The notes under the pieces were generated by a model. The model made no database searches. It saw nothing but the letters and a program-made list of their open reading frames with translations, and had not been told where the DNA came from. The position numbers and the translations under genes are program-made. A DNA stretch of 64,000 bases from the NCBI GenBank assembly GCA_963779755.1, contig CAVZZO010000003.1, forward strand, positions 384,001 through 448,000, read 5' to 3'. Source of the stretch: an uncultured Gemmatimonadales bacterium (GTDB taxonomy: Bacteria; Gemmatimonadota; Gemmatimonadetes; Gemmatimonadales; GWC2-71-9). Below, piece by piece: positions 30,303 through 41,159 of the stretch; position 1 is the first letter of the stretch; each line of letters starts with the position of its first letter.

Positions 30303-31870
30303 GGCTCCACCGCATCCCGCCGGAATCGGGTCAGCCCCTGATCGGTGGCGATCCAGAGGAAATCACCGTCCACCGCCACGTCCTGCACCAGGCCGGGATA
30401 GTCGGTGCCGCCCAGCAGCGGCCGGATGGGCGGCGAGTCGAGGCGCACGAACGCCACTGCCTGCTGCCCCGCCACCCAGAAGCCCCGCGGACCCAGCGTC
30501 ATGCGCTTGAGCGGGCCCAGCACGGTGGAGAGCGGGGGGCCCAGCGTCCATACGCTGTCGCCCGGGGCGCGCCAGAGGAGCTGGTTCTCGGTGAGCGCCA
30601 CCAGGGTGTCCGCGTCCCAGGCGAGGCCGATCACCGGATCGCGCAAGCTGGGCCGCGCGGCACCGGCCGGCAGGCGCAGCTGGTCCTTGCCGGGAAGGCC
30701 GGCATAGACGCCGTGCGGCGTCCCCACCCAGAGCGTATCGAGGCCCGAAGACCAGAGGAGCGCAAACGCGGCATCCACGAAGCTGGTCGCGATCGGGGCC
30801 GCCCGGTTGCTGTCGTCCAGGACAACGATGCCGTGCGCGGTCCCCGCCGCCAGCCTGCCGCGGGAGACCGTCACCGAGAAGACCCGGCTGTCGGGCAGGC
30901 CGCGGCCCTGGTCGTAGAGGGTAACGTCGCCGCTCTGCGATTCGACCCGCGCCAGCCCCGCATTGGTGGCGGCCCAGAGGTCCTGGCCCCGGGTGGCCAT
31001 TTCCCGCACCTGGGTGAACGGCAGGCCGGTCGCCGGGGGGCCCTGGATCCAGTCGAAACGATCGAGTTCGCGGGTCGCCAGCGTAAGCGCGGGATTGTCG
31101 CGCGCCGTCCCGTCGGTCGCGACCCAGATGCCGTCCGGCGCCTCCAGCAGCGCTCCCGCCACCTGGCCCGGCAACCCGAAGGTCAGCCGCTCCGGCACCG
31201 CCGCGCCATCCGGCAGGTAGAGCAGTCCCACGCCGTAGGTACCCAGATACCAACCCAGCCCGGTGAAGCCGCGGGCCGCCGAGGTGTAGCGGGCCATGCG
31301 CAGGCGCTGATCCATGAGGATGCCCGCGCTATTGGCCTGCAGCACCGGATTCGCCTGGATGGCCTGCTGCACCGACGTTGGCGTGAGCGCCCGCCTGGGC
31401 GGGGCGGCCGGCACTGCGATCCCACCGCCGCGTGGCACGGTCATCCAGCCGTCGGCGGTGCGCAGGAAAAGCCCCTGGTAGGGTGCATCCAGGTCGAACG
31501 CGATGCCCTGCACCGCGCTGGAGACCGTGCCCGATTGCCAGAGTTGGATCCCGGGATCGAAGTGCACCCAACCCTCGAGACGGCCCAGCCAGAGGGTGTT
31601 GTCCAGCGGGTCCACCAGGGCGGTGAATACGCGGCCCAGCAGCCCCGGCTGGTCGGGAAGGTAGGGGCCTTCCCACTGCCGGAACTGCGGCTTCCAGATG
31701 AGGAGCTGGCTGGTGGTGGTGGCGTAGACCCGCTCGTTGCCGGCAGCGACCGAGGTGATATGGGTGAAGTCGCCGATCACTACCCGGTCGCGGGGCGACC
31801 AGTCGCGGAGCTGGGCGGTGAGCGGGGCGGCCAGCAGGAGCCCGGCGGCGACGAGGAGGGTGAGGCGCAT
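30299..31870 (-). CDS. Secreted beta-propeller repeat protein
   Basis: Signal peptide and repeated LWxxTxxG blades. Confidence 0.8.
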   Translation of the reverse strand: MRLTLLVAAGLLLAAPLTAQLRDWSPRDRVVIGDFTHITSVAAGNERVYATTTSQLLIWKPQFRQWEGPYLPDQPGLLGRVFTALVDPLDNTLWLGRLEGWVHFDPGIQLWQSGTVSSAVQGIAFDLDAPYQGLFLRTADGWMTVPRGGGIAVPAAPPRRALTPTSVQQAIQANPVLQANSAGILMDQRLRMARYTSAARGFTGLGWYLGTYGVGLLYLPDGAAVPERLTFGLPGQVAGALLEAPDGIWVATDGTARDNPALTLATRELDRFDWIQGPPATGLPFTQVREMATRGQDLWAATNAGLARVESQSGDVTLYDQGRGLPDSRVFSVTVSRGRLAAGTAHGIVVLDDSNRAAPIATSFVDAAFALLWSSGLDTLWVGTPHGVYAGLPGKDQLRLPAGAARPSLRDPVIGLAWDADTLVALTENQLLWRAPGDSVWTLGPPLSTVLGPLKRMTLGPRGFWVAGQQAVAFVRLDSPPIRPLLGGTDYPGLVQDVAVDGDFLWIATDQGLTRFRRDAVEP

Positions 31871-31896
31871 TGCGGAAATATAGGGGCGGGCGGGAA

Positions 31897-31987
31897 GTAA
31901 GGGCGACGCATGCGTCGCCCCCGGCATGCGTCGCCCCCGCATGCGTCGCCCCGGCGTGCGTCGCCCCGGCGTGCGTCGCCCCCTACT
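31897..31987. repeat. REP-like palindrome with tandem expansion
   Basis: GGGCGACGCATGCGTCGCCC followed by about 4 further GC(A/G)TGCGTCGCCCC units, ending CCCTAC. Confidence 0.75.
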
Positions 31988-33530
31988 CCGCCGGCTGCTC
32001 CAGCTCCGCCACCACCATCACGCCCGCCGGGGCCGCCGAGGCCAGCAGATCCCAGCCGCGCCACAGCTGCGGCAACGCGGCGATGACATCCATGGGCCGC
32101 ATGCTGCGGGCGCTCACCCGCCGGGCCGCGAGATCGGCCGCGCGGCCCAGGATCTGGCAGGCCAGCGCCGCGGCCACCGCCGCATCGTCCTCGCGCGCCA
32201 GCGCGGCGCCGGTGAAACCGCTCAGGAGATCGCCGCTGCCGCCGGTCGCGAGCCCCGGGTTGCCGGCCGCGATGGTATAGACCGCGCCGGCTTCCGGGGT
32301 GGCAATGACGCTGGGAACGCCCTTCAGCACCACGACCGCGCCGCAGGCGGCCGCGGCCTCCGCCGCCGCGCCCCAGGGATCGGATTCGCTCCGGCCGGCG
32401 GCTGCGGGAAAGAGGGTGCGGAACTCGCCCGGATGGGGCGTCAGGATGAGGGACCGGCCGGCGGCGATCCCGGCCAGTTCCGGCACGTGGCCCTGGAAGA
32501 CGGTGAGCGCGTCGGCGTCGAGCACTAGGCGCTTCGCATGCGCCGCCACCGCCTGAATAAACTCACGGCGGTCCTGCTCCCGTCCCAGCCCGGGCCCCAC
32601 CACCACGCTGTCGGCCCGCCGCAGCAGGGCGATGAGCGTCTCGTCCAGCGGCGCCGCCAGCGGGTGCGGCAGGGTCTGGAGATCGGGCTCGGCGGTGATG
32701 AGCGCGGCCACCGTCTGCTCCGGCGCCACGGCGTGCACCAGGCCGGCACCCGCGCCGAAGGCGGCGCGGCCCGCCATGCGGACGGCGCCGGTCATCCCCG
32801 TGCTGCCGCCGATGACCACGATCCGCCCGCGAATGCCCTTGTGGTCCGCCGCCCGGAGGCGCGGGAGCCAGGCCGCGGCCTGCTCGTCGGTCACCACCTG
32901 GGGCCACGCGGGGTCCGCCGGGGGATGGCCGATTTCCACCACCACCACGTGGCCGACATCGTCCCGCGCCATCAGGTGGCCACGCCGGAACCCGCCGAAC
33001 GTGACGGTAAGCGCCGCGGGCGCGGGATGGTACGCCGCCCCGGTGGCGAGATCGAGTCCGGTGGGTCCATCCACCGCCGCGATGGGCACCCGCAACTCGG
33101 CCAGCCGCTCCAGCAGCGCAGGCACCGGCGGCCGCGGCGCCCCTCGCGCGCCGGTGCCCAGGATCGCATCCACGGCCAGACCCACGCTGGGCCAGGGCCC
33201 GTCGGCGGCGACGGTCCGCACGCCTTCGCCTCTGGCGATACCCGAAACCTGCCGCTGCAACTCGCTCCCCTTCCCCGGCACCTCCACCACCCACACCGGA
33301 ATGCCGGCGCGATGCATCACCCGTGCGATGACCCACCCGTCGCCGCCGTTATTGCCCGGCCCGGCGGCGATCAGCACCCCTTGCCGGGCGCGGTCGCGGA
33401 AGCGGCGCACGATGACTTCGGCCGCCGCCCGTCCCGCAGCATCCATGAGGGTGGCGAGGGGGATGCCGGCGTGTTCGGCACGGGCATCCCAGGCGGAACT
33501 TTGTTCCGGCGTGAGGACAGGGATTGGCAT
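31983..33530 (-). CDS. nnr: Bifunctional NAD(P)H-hydrate epimerase/dehydratase
   Basis: GNNGGDG, GPGLG, DADAL, TPHPGEF and GGSGDLL motifs. Confidence 0.95.
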   Translation of the reverse strand: MPIPVLTPEQSSAWDARAEHAGIPLATLMDAAGRAAAEVIVRRFRDRARQGVLIAAGPGNNGGDGWVIARVMHRAGIPVWVVEVPGKGSELQRQVSGIARGEGVRTVAADGPWPSVGLAVDAILGTGARGAPRPPVPALLERLAELRVPIAAVDGPTGLDLATGAAYHPAPAALTVTFGGFRRGHLMARDDVGHVVVVEIGHPPADPAWPQVVTDEQAAAWLPRLRAADHKGIRGRIVVIGGSTGMTGAVRMAGRAAFGAGAGLVHAVAPEQTVAALITAEPDLQTLPHPLAAPLDETLIALLRRADSVVVGPGLGREQDRREFIQAVAAHAKRLVLDADALTVFQGHVPELAGIAAGRSLILTPHPGEFRTLFPAAAGRSESDPWGAAAEAAAACGAVVVLKGVPSVIATPEAGAVYTIAAGNPGLATGGSGDLLSGFTGAALAREDDAAVAAALACQILGRAADLAARRVSARSMRPMDVIAALPQLWRGWDLLASAAPAGVMVVAELEQPAE

Positions 33531-33608
33531 ACAGGGATCAGGAACCAGGGACCAGGAATAGAGAATCAGGATGGGGACCGCTGATGCCTGATGCCTGGTC
33601 CCTGGTCC

Positions 33609-33803
33609 CTATTTGTGGCTCGGCCCGATCGCCCGGCCCAGCGAGATCTCGCCGTTATCGATGCGGAGATTGAACCCGCACTCCGCGTTGGTGCAGACCC
33701 AGGCCTTGTAGGTAATGGGCGCGCCGTCGCGGCCGTAGTCGGAAAGCGGGATCAGCACCCCCTGGCTGCACTTGTGACAGCTCGGCCAGTCTCGCCCTTC
33801 CAT
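33609..33803 (-). CDS. Small Zn-ribbon-like hypothetical protein
   Basis: CHKC...CTNAEC; GGAGG RBS. Confidence 0.75.
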   Translation of the reverse strand: MEGRDWPSCHKCSQGVLIPLSDYGRDGAPITYKAWVCTNAECGFNLRIDNGEISLGRAIGPSHK

Positions 33804-33829
33804 GACACCCTCCCGCGCTGAGGCCGCCT

Positions 33830-34216
33830 TCAGCACTCCGAAGCCCGGTCCCACACCCGGTCCGCGCTGAAGGCTTCATCGAACCGATAGATATCGGCAA
33901 AATCCTGGGGGCGGTCGCCGGGCTGAGTGATGAGCAACCCGACATCGACCAGGGCGAAGACGATGCGCCCGAAGTCGTCGGTGCTGGTGACGTTCCAGTG
34001 ACCCAATACGGTGGCGGCAAGCAGCCCGTACTGCTCCAGCGCCAGGTCCCGGCAGGCGCCGGCCAGTTCCTGGCCGGTCACGTGCCGGCGGGCGGGCAGC
34101 CTGGTCTGGAGATATTCGATGGCGGCCAGCACGAAGAGGTAGGCGCGCTCGTGATAGCGCGGCTCCCGCTCCTGCAGGCGGTTCAGAATGTCCGGGGCAA
34201 ACTGCAGTTCGTTCAT
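33830..34216 (-). CDS. Minf_1886-family protein
   Basis: PRYHERAYLFV..RHVTGQEL..DFGRIVFALV pattern. Confidence 0.8.
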   Translation of the reverse strand: MNELQFAPDILNRLQEREPRYHERAYLFVLAAIEYLQTRLPARRHVTGQELAGACRDLALEQYGLLAATVLGHWNVTSTDDFGRIVFALVDVGLLITQPGDRPQDFADIYRFDEAFSADRVWDRASEC

Positions 34217-34235
34217 GAGACTCCCGCGACGGCCG

Positions 34236-35504
34236 TCAGACGGCCGTCCTGGCGCCGGGCGCATACAGCGGAAAGGCGGCGGCCAATTCTTCCACCTCTC
34301 CCCGCACCCGGGCGATGACTTCGTTCCCGCTGTCCGACAGTACTCGATCGATCAATTCGGCCACCTGCTGCATTTCAGCAATCCCCATGCCCCGGGTGGT
34401 CAGCGCCGGCGTGCCGAGGCGGATGCCGCTGGTCACGAAGGGCGACTGCGGATCGTCGGGGATGGTGTTCTTGTTGACGGTGATCCCGGCCTGGTCCAGC
34501 CGCTGCTCGGCATCCTTGCCGGTAATGTTACGGGAGCGCAGATCCACCAGAAAGAGGTGGGTATCCGTCCCCCCGGAGACCACGGCATAGCCCCGCTCCA
34601 TGAGCCCCGCCGCCAGCGCCTTCGCGTTGGCCACCACCTGCGCGGCGTAGCTCCGGAAATCCGGGGTCAGCGCCTCGCCGAATGCCACCGCCTTGGCCGC
34701 GATGACGTGTTCCAGCGGCCCGCCCTGCGCGCCGGGGAAGACCGACTTGTCGATCGCCTTGGCCAACTCCGCGGTGCTGAGGATCATCCCGCCCCGCGGA
34801 CCGCGCAGGGTCTTGTGCGTCGTGGAGGTGACCACGTGCGCATGCGGCACTGGCGAGGGATAGACACCGCCCGCCACCAGCCCGGCGAAATGCGCCATGT
34901 CCACCAGGAAGAAGGCCTCGACCTCGTCGGCGATGGAGCGGAAGGCGGCGAAGTCGATGATGCGGGCATAGGCGCTGCCGCCGGCGATGATGAGTTTCGG
35001 CCGCTCCCGCCGGGCCAGCGCGCGTACCGCGTTGTAGTCGATGCGGCCGCTGGCCGGATCGACCCCGTAATGCACGGCCTTCCAGATGATGCCGCTGTGG
35101 TTGACCTTGGCGCCGTGGGTCAGGTGTCCGCCGTGCGGCAGGCTCATCCCCATGAGCAGCGATCCCGGCGGGATCAGCGCCATGTAGGCCGCCAGGTTTG
35201 CCTGGGCACCGGAGTGCGGCTGCACGTTGGCGTGGTCCGCCCCGAACAGCTGTTTTGCCCGGTCGATGGCCAGCTGCTCGATCTGGTCTACCACCCCGCA
35301 CCCGCCGTAATAGCGCTTGCCGGGGTAGCCCTCGGCGTACTTGTTGGTGAGCGGCGTGCCCATGGCCTCGAGCACCGCCTGGCTGGCGAAGTTCTCGCTG
35401 GCGATGAGCTCGAGCCCATGCTGCTGGCGCCGGACCTCCCGGCCGACCAGTTCGGCGACTTCGGGATCGGCGGCGGAGAGCGGGGCGTCGTGGTCGAGAG
35501 TCAT
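34236..35504 (-). CDS. glyA: Serine hydroxymethyltransferase
   Basis: [16 protein letters not shown] and [12 protein letters not shown] motifs. Confidence 0.99.
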   Translation of the reverse strand: MTLDHDAPLSAADPEVAELVGREVRRQQHGLELIASENFASQAVLEAMGTPLTNKYAEGYPGKRYYGGCGVVDQIEQLAIDRAKQLFGADHANVQPHSGAQANLAAYMALIPPGSLLMGMSLPHGGHLTHGAKVNHSGIIWKAVHYGVDPASGRIDYNAVRALARRERPKLIIAGGSAYARIIDFAAFRSIADEVEAFFLVDMAHFAGLVAGGVYPSPVPHAHVVTSTTHKTLRGPRGGMILSTAELAKAIDKSVFPGAQGGPLEHVIAAKAVAFGEALTPDFRSYAAQVVANAKALAAGLMERGYAVVSGGTDTHLFLVDLRSRNITGKDAEQRLDQAGITVNKNTIPDDPQSPFVTSGIRLGTPALTTRGMGIAEMQQVAELIDRVLSDSGNEVIARVRGEVEELAAAFPLYAPGARTAV

Positions 35505-35947
35505 GAGATGGGGGCGGGTTCGATCCGGGCGATGCGGCGGGCGTGACGGCCGCCGGCAAAGGGGGTCTTCAACCACAGATGCAGGCACTCCACTGCGGCG
35601 GCCTCATCCAGAAAGCGCGCGGGCAGAACCAGGATATTGGCGTCATTGTGCTCCCGGGCCAGGCCGGCCAGTTCGGCATTCCAGACCACCGCGGCGCGCA
35701 CGCCGGCATGCCGGTTGGCGGCGTAGGACATGCCCAACCCGGTGCCGCAGATCAGCACCCCGCGCGCGGCTTCGCCCCGTTCCACCCGCTCCGCCACCTG
35801 GTGGGCATACTCGGGATAGTCCACCGACTCGCGGGAATGGGTGCCCAGGTCCTCCGGGGCATAGCCCGCCCGCTCCAGCTCGGCGATGAGCCGCTGCTTC
35901 AGCGCGTACCCAGCGTGATCGGCGGCGATAGGGATGGATTCGGACAT
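35501..35947 (-). CDS. rpiB: Ribose-5-phosphate isomerase B
   Basis: ADHAG, CGTGLG, HNDAN and GGRHARR motifs. Confidence 0.96.
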   Translation of the reverse strand: MSESIPIAADHAGYALKQRLIAELERAGYAPEDLGTHSRESVDYPEYAHQVAERVERGEAARGVLICGTGLGMSYAANRHAGVRAAVVWNAELAGLAREHNDANILVLPARFLDEAAAVECLHLWLKTPFAGGRHARRIARIEPAPIS

Positions 35948-35979
35948 GATGGGTAATCTAAGGGAGAACGACTTCCTGA

Positions 35980-36139
35980 CCTAACCCCCTGTCCCCCTTC
36001 CCTGCCGGGAAGGGGGAACCGGAAGGAAGGCCTCGCGGCTGTTTTCGATCGGTGATCTCACCCGGATCGCCGCCGTCTCAAAAGGGAATCCGAGGTTGCG
36101 TCCCCCCTTCCCAATGGGGAAGGGGGACAGGGGGTTAGG
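35980..36139. repeat. Intergenic inverted-repeat element (MITE/REP-like)
   Basis: CCTAACCCCCTGTCCCCCTTCCC ... GGGAAGGGGGACAGGGGGTTAGG. Confidence 0.8.
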
Positions 36140-37198
36140 TCACCCCAGCCAGATCCCCCGCACTCCCTTCACCGCCGCGATCCGCTCCTCGGCCAGCCGG
36201 TCGGCGGCGATGTGGGTCGGGATGCCGTCGCGCTTGGCGATGTTGAACACCTGGAGGATGGTGTTGTAGACCTCCCCCGCCTTGCGCTTGGCCCGCTCCT
36301 GGGGCCAGCCGTTGATCTCGCCATAGACGTTGATGACCCCGCCGCCGTTGATGACGTAGTCGGGCGCGTAGGAGAGCCCTTTCTGCTCCAGCAGGTCGCC
36401 GTGCCGGTCTTCGGCCAGCTGGTTGTTGGCGCCGCCGGCGATCACCTCGACCTTGAGCCGCTTGAGCGTGTCGTCGTTGATCACCGCTCCCAGGGCGTTG
36501 GGCGAGAAGATGTCGGCCTTCTGATCATAGATCGCGTCCGGCTTCACGGCGGTGGCGTTGGTCTCGCTCACCACCTGCTTCACCCGCTCGGGGTCGATGT
36601 CGGTCACGATGAGCTTCGCGCCCTCGTGCTTCAGATGCAGGGCCAGGTAATAGCCCACCTTGCCGCACCCCTGTACCGCGACGGTCTTCCCTTGCAGGCT
36701 GTCGCTGCCCCAGCGGGCCTTTGCCGCCGCCTTCATCCCCATGTAGACGCCGTAGCCGGTCACCGGCGAGGGATCGCCCGAGAGGCCCTGCAGGCCGGCG
36801 ACATGATCGGTCTCGGCGTGCACGTATTCCATGTCGCTGGGGCTGGTGCCCACGTCTTCCGCCGTGATATAGCGGCCGCCCAGCGACTCCACGAAGCGGC
36901 CGTGGGCCCGGAACAGGGCCTCCCGGTCGGTCCGCTTGTTGTCGCCCAGGATGACCGACTTGCCGCCCCCGAGGTTGAGGCCGGCCACCGCGGCCTTGTA
37001 GGTCATGCCCCGCGCCAGGCGGAGACAGTCGGTAATGGCCTCGTCGGTGGTGTTGTATTGCCAGAACCTGGTCCCGCCCAGGGCCGGCCCCAGGGTGGTG
37101 TCGTGGATGCCGATGATGCCGAAATACCCGCAGGACGGCTCGTAGCAGAGGGCAACTTGCTCGTGGCCGAGCTCTTTCATCGCGGCGAAAGCGTCCAT
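36140..37198 (-). CDS. Leucine/valine dehydrogenase
   Basis: GPALGGTR, GGGKSV, TAEDVGT and GGANNQL motifs. Confidence 0.93.
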   Translation of the reverse strand: MDAFAAMKELGHEQVALCYEPSCGYFGIIGIHDTTLGPALGGTRFWQYNTTDEAITDCLRLARGMTYKAAVAGLNLGGGKSVILGDNKRTDREALFRAHGRFVESLGGRYITAEDVGTSPSDMEYVHAETDHVAGLQGLSGDPSPVTGYGVYMGMKAAAKARWGSDSLQGKTVAVQGCGKVGYYLALHLKHEGAKLIVTDIDPERVKQVVSETNATAVKPDAIYDQKADIFSPNALGAVINDDTLKRLKVEVIAGGANNQLAEDRHGDLLEQKGLSYAPDYVINGGGVINVYGEINGWPQERAKRKAGEVYNTILQVFNIAKRDGIPTHIAADRLAEERIAAVKGVRGIWLG

Positions 37199-37294
37199 GG
37201 TCTCCTCAGGAATCAGGAATCAGGAATCAGGAATCAGGAAACTCCGAGGGCAGACGGCATCCAGCCCCGGCTCCTTGTTCCTGATTCCTGATCC

Positions 37295-38137
37295 CTAGTA
37301 GTTATAGAATCCCTTCCCTGACTTCCGCCCCAGTTGTCCCGCCGCCACCATCCGGCGCAGCAGCGGGCAAGGGCGGTACTTGTCGTCTCCCAGCCCCCGG
37401 TGCAGCACCTCCAGGATGGCGAGACAGGTATCCAGCCCGATCAGGTCCGCCAGCGCCAGCGGGCCCATGGGGTGGGCCATCCCCAGTTTCATGACCGTGT
37501 CCACCGCCTCGGGCGTGGCCACGCCTTCCATGACGCAGTAGACCGCCTCGTTGATCATGGGCATGAGCACCCGGTTGGACACGAAACCGGGATAGTCGCT
37601 CACTTCCACCGGCGTCTTGCCCAGCGCGCGGGCGATGGCCATCACCCGGTCGGTGGTGCCCTGGCTGGTGGCCTGCCCCCGGATCACCTCCACCAGCTGC
37701 ATCACCGGCACCGGGTTCATGAAATGCATCCCGATGACCTTCTCGGGACGGCGGGTCTGGGCGGCGATTTCGGTGATGGAGATGGAGCTGGTGTTGCTGG
37801 CGAGGAGGGTCTCGGGTCCGCAGAGCTGGTCGAGCTGGCGGAAGAGCTCGAATTTGAGATCGGGCTTTTCGCTGACCGCCTCGATGACCAGTACGGAGCC
37901 TCCCACCGCCTCCACCATGGTGCTGGTGGTGATCCGCGCGGGAACGTCGGTGGCAGCCTCCGCCGGCAGGGCGCCCTTCTTGACCAGCCGCTCCAGGCTC
38001 TTGCGGATGGTACCCATGCCGCGCTGCAGCATCGGCTCCGAGACATCCACCAGCGCGACTCCCCACCCCTGCTGCGCGAACACCTGGGCGATCCCGTGGC
38101 CCATGGTGCCCGCGCCGATCACGGCTACCTGGTCCAT
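37295..38137 (-). CDS. 3-hydroxybutyryl-CoA dehydrogenase
   Basis: GAGTMG, SNTSS, GMHFMNP and PGFVSNR motifs. Confidence 0.95.
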   Translation of the reverse strand: MDQVAVIGAGTMGHGIAQVFAQQGWGVALVDVSEPMLQRGMGTIRKSLERLVKKGALPAEAATDVPARITTSTMVEAVGGSVLVIEAVSEKPDLKFELFRQLDQLCGPETLLASNTSSISITEIAAQTRRPEKVIGMHFMNPVPVMQLVEVIRGQATSQGTTDRVMAIARALGKTPVEVSDYPGFVSNRVLMPMINEAVYCVMEGVATPEAVDTVMKLGMAHPMGPLALADLIGLDTCLAILEVLHRGLGDDKYRPCPLLRRMVAAGQLGRKSGKGFYNY

Positions 38138-38233
38138 ATCCCCTGCCCCTGTCCCAAGTCGTTAGTCGCTAGTGACTGGGTTACTAGTCATTAGTCACTA
38201 GTCATTAGTCATTAGACATTAGCCGCTGATTCC

Positions 38234-39160
38234 TTATTCCTGATTCCTGATCCCTGATTCCTGATTCCTGATTCCTGGTCCCTGCCTGACCCGATACACC
38301 ATCACTGCCACCAATGTCACCAATGCCAGAGTTCCCAGGATGCCGCCCTCCGGGCCGAAGGCCCCGCCGGAGAGCCAGCGCGGCCCGCCGGGAAAGTAAT
38401 CGATCAACGGCACCCGCAGGTCCAGCCCGCTGACCGGCGCGTCCAGCGCGGCCAGCGACCAGTTCCAGCCCAGGTGCAGCCCGAACGCGGCCCACATTCC
38501 CCCCGGGGAGTACAGCGCCGCTCCCAGCGCCACCCCGGCCAACCCGATGTTCACCAGGCTCAGGCTGGCCACATTGGGATTGTTCCGATGAGCCAGGGCG
38601 AAGAACACCGCCACGATCACCACCGCGGCCGGACGTCCCACCATCCGGGCGAACGCCGCCGTCGGCACCCCGCGGAACATGACCTCCTCCGCCATGGCCG
38701 CAGGAGCCAGGCTCAGCAGCAGGAATCCCACCCGCAGCAGGTAGCCGCCCAGATTGCCCTGGTCACCCAGCCAGCGGGCATGAGCCAGCGGCACGGCCAG
38801 CACCATGGCGAGCGCGGCCGCGGCCAATCCCAGCCCGAAGGCGGTGAGCCCGCCCCGCGCCGGCGGCCCCGCTCGGCGCCAGCGCAGCTCCGCCGGGCCG
38901 TAGCCCAGTCCCCGGGAGACCAGCCAGGTCGCGGCCAGAAACCCGGCCAGCATGGCGAGGCCGCTCAGCAGTGGCAGGCCGCCACTCATGGATTGGGCCC
39001 AGTGCCACGGCGCCGGGCCCAGATAATGAACGATAGAGAAGATGATCCGGCCGGCGAGCCGGAAGCCACCGTAACCCAGGAGCCAGAAGGCGACCAGCGC
39101 CAGGACCGCCTGGAGGATGATCTTCCAGCGCGGAGCCGTGGCCCCCGGGCCGGCGGTCAA
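38234..39160 (-). CDS. CPBP-family intramembrane metalloprotease
   Basis: EEVMFRG, FALAH and HLGWN motifs. Confidence 0.9.
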   Translation of the reverse strand: MTAGPGATAPRWKIILQAVLALVAFWLLGYGGFRLAGRIIFSIVHYLGPAPWHWAQSMSGGLPLLSGLAMLAGFLAATWLVSRGLGYGPAELRWRRAGPPARGGLTAFGLGLAAAALAMVLAVPLAHARWLGDQGNLGGYLLRVGFLLLSLAPAAMAEEVMFRGVPTAAFARMVGRPAAVVIVAVFFALAHRNNPNVASLSLVNIGLAGVALGAALYSPGGMWAAFGLHLGWNWSLAALDAPVSGLDLRVPLIDYFPGGPRWLSGGAFGPEGGILGTLALVTLVAVMVYRVRQGPGIRNQESGIRNQE

Positions 39161-39739
39161 TCAGCCGGCGGCAGGACTGCGCCGGGCAAATCGCGCAAGC
39201 AGCAGTCCGGCCAGCGCCACCTTGACCAGGTCCACCCCCAGGAACGGCAGGGCGCCCAGGCCGATCGCCGCGGTCGCGCTGCCGGTCAGGATCATGAGCT
39301 GCGCGATCCCGCCGAGGTGGATGATGAGCATGCCGAGCAGCGCGGCGAGGGTGCAGTGACCTACAGTCGAGAGCGTCGAGGCTCGGCGCCGGGCCAGAAA
39401 CCCGGTGACCGCTGCCGCTATGGGGAAGGCCAGCAGGTAGCCGCCGGTGGGGCCCAACAGGCGGGCGACGCCCGGCAGCCCTTCCGGCGCGAAGACGGGC
39501 AGCCCGGCCATGCCCGCGGCGAGGTAGAGCACCAGCGCCGCAGCGCCGGCTCCCGGACCCAGCAATCCGCCCACGAGCAGCACCGCGAGTCCCTGCAGCG
39601 TGAAGGGGACGGCCGTCCCCGGAATCGGCACCGCGATCTGCGCCGCGAGCGCCACCGCGGCCGCACCGGCTACGATGGCCACGGCGCGGCCGAGCCTCAC
39701 GGTCTCGACCCTCTCGACCCTCTCGACCCTCTCGACCAT
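39161..39739 (-). CDS. bioY: Biotin transporter
   Basis: [12 protein letters not shown] and GPTGGYL motifs. Confidence 0.93.
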   Translation of the reverse strand: MVERVERVERVETVRLGRAVAIVAGAAAVALAAQIAVPIPGTAVPFTLQGLAVLLVGGLLGPGAGAAALVLYLAAGMAGLPVFAPEGLPGVARLLGPTGGYLLAFPIAAAVTGFLARRRASTLSTVGHCTLAALLGMLIIHLGGIAQLMILTGSATAAIGLGALPFLGVDLVKVALAGLLLARFARRSPAAG

Positions 39740-40932
39740 CAGATCACCTCCACAGAAAGCGCCACCGCATTCCCACCGCCCAGGCACAAGGTGGCCAGGC
39801 CGGTGCGGGCTCCCCGGTCTTTCATGGCATACACCAGGGTGGTGAGGATCCGGGCCCCGCTGGCACCGATGGGGTGGCCCAGGGCCACCGCGCCGCCGTT
39901 CACGTTCACCCGGTCCCAGTCCCAGCCCAGCTCGCGGCCGTCGGCGATGGCCTGCACCGCGAACGCCTCGTTGGCTTCGATCAGGTCGTAATTGCCGATC
40001 TTCGTGCCCGCCTTCTTCATCAGGTTGCGCACGGCGTGGATCGGCGCGAAGAACAGGTCTTTGGGATCGCCCCCGCCGGTGGCATAGGCGGTGACCTTCG
40101 CCATGGGCGTGAGACCATGCTCCTTCGCGAAGGCGAGGGAAGTGACCACCAGCGCGCTGGCGCCGTCGTTCAGGCCGGGCGCGTTGCCCGCCGTCACGGT
40201 GCCGCCCTTCACGAACGCGGGCTTGAGCCTCGCCAGCGTCTCCGGTGTGGTGTCCTTCCGCGGCGGCTCGTCGGCCGACACGGTGGTGCTGGTGCCGCCC
40301 TTGCCGGGCACCTTGACCGGCAGAATCTCGTCGGTGAACTTGCCGCTCTCGGTGGCGGCCACCGCCTTGCGGTGGCTCTCCGCGGCGAAGGCATCCTGGT
40401 CCTCCCGGCTCACCTTCGCCTTCTCCGCGGTGTACTCGGCGTATTCGCCCATGTGGCAGCAGCCGAAGGAATCCCAGAGGCCGTCGTGGATCATACCGTC
40501 GACCATGGTCTGGTTGCCGGCCTTGATGCCGTTGCGCATGCCGTAGACGTAGTGCGGCGCCGAGGACATCGACTCCTGCCCGCCCGCCACGATGCACTGC
40601 GCGTCGCCCGCCTTGATGGCCTGGGAGGCGAGCATCACCGCTTTGAGGCCGGAGCCGCAGACCTTGTTGATGGTGAGCGCCGGGATGGTGCCCGGCAGCC
40701 CGGCGTTGATCATCGACTGGCGCGCCGGCGCCTGCCCCGAGCCACCCTGCACCACCTGGCCCAGGATGACCTCATCTATGAGATCGGGACTTACGCCGGC
40801 ACGGCGCACGGCCTCGGCCACGACCATGGCCCCGAGCTGCGGCGCGCTGAAGGAACTCAAGCCGCCGAGATAGCGCCCGACGGGGGTGCGCACGGCGGAG
40901 ACGAGAACGGGAGTAGTATGGTCGGAACTCAC
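39739..40932 (-). CDS. Acetyl-CoA C-acetyltransferase (thiolase)
   Basis: [19 protein letters not shown] and LCLGGG motifs; start uncertain. Confidence 0.96.
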   Translation of the reverse strand: MSSDHTTPVLVSAVRTPVGRYLGGLSSFSAPQLGAMVVAEAVRRAGVSPDLIDEVILGQVVQGGSGQAPARQSMINAGLPGTIPALTINKVCGSGLKAVMLASQAIKAGDAQCIVAGGQESMSSAPHYVYGMRNGIKAGNQTMVDGMIHDGLWDSFGCCHMGEYAEYTAEKAKVSREDQDAFAAESHRKAVAATESGKFTDEILPVKVPGKGGTSTTVSADEPPRKDTTPETLARLKPAFVKGGTVTAGNAPGLNDGASALVVTSLAFAKEHGLTPMAKVTAYATGGGDPKDLFFAPIHAVRNLMKKAGTKIGNYDLIEANEAFAVQAIADGRELGWDWDRVNVNGGAVALGHPIGASGARILTTLVYAMKDRGARTGLATLCLGGGNAVALSVEVI

Positions 40933-41029
40933 GATGGTGTCCGGGGTTGAGGTGGAAACCTGGCACTCAAGATAATGGAATGGGCAGAGTGGGCAGAGTG
41001 GGTAAACAGGGCGGAGCCGGAAGAAGCCT

Positions 41030-41110
41030 GTCACCCTGAGCGACAACGAAGGGACCGAAGGGCCGCCTCGGGGTTCGGCCCCTTCGGTCGCTGCGCTCCC
41101 TCAGGGTGAC
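41030..41110. repeat. Palindromic REP-like element
   Basis: GTCACCCTGAG...CTCAGGGTGAC enclosing a GACCGAAGGG hairpin. Confidence 0.7.
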
Positions 41111-41159
41111 CGCCTGTCTTCGCCTCCTCGCCCACCTGCCGTCCTGCCGTCTTGCCGTC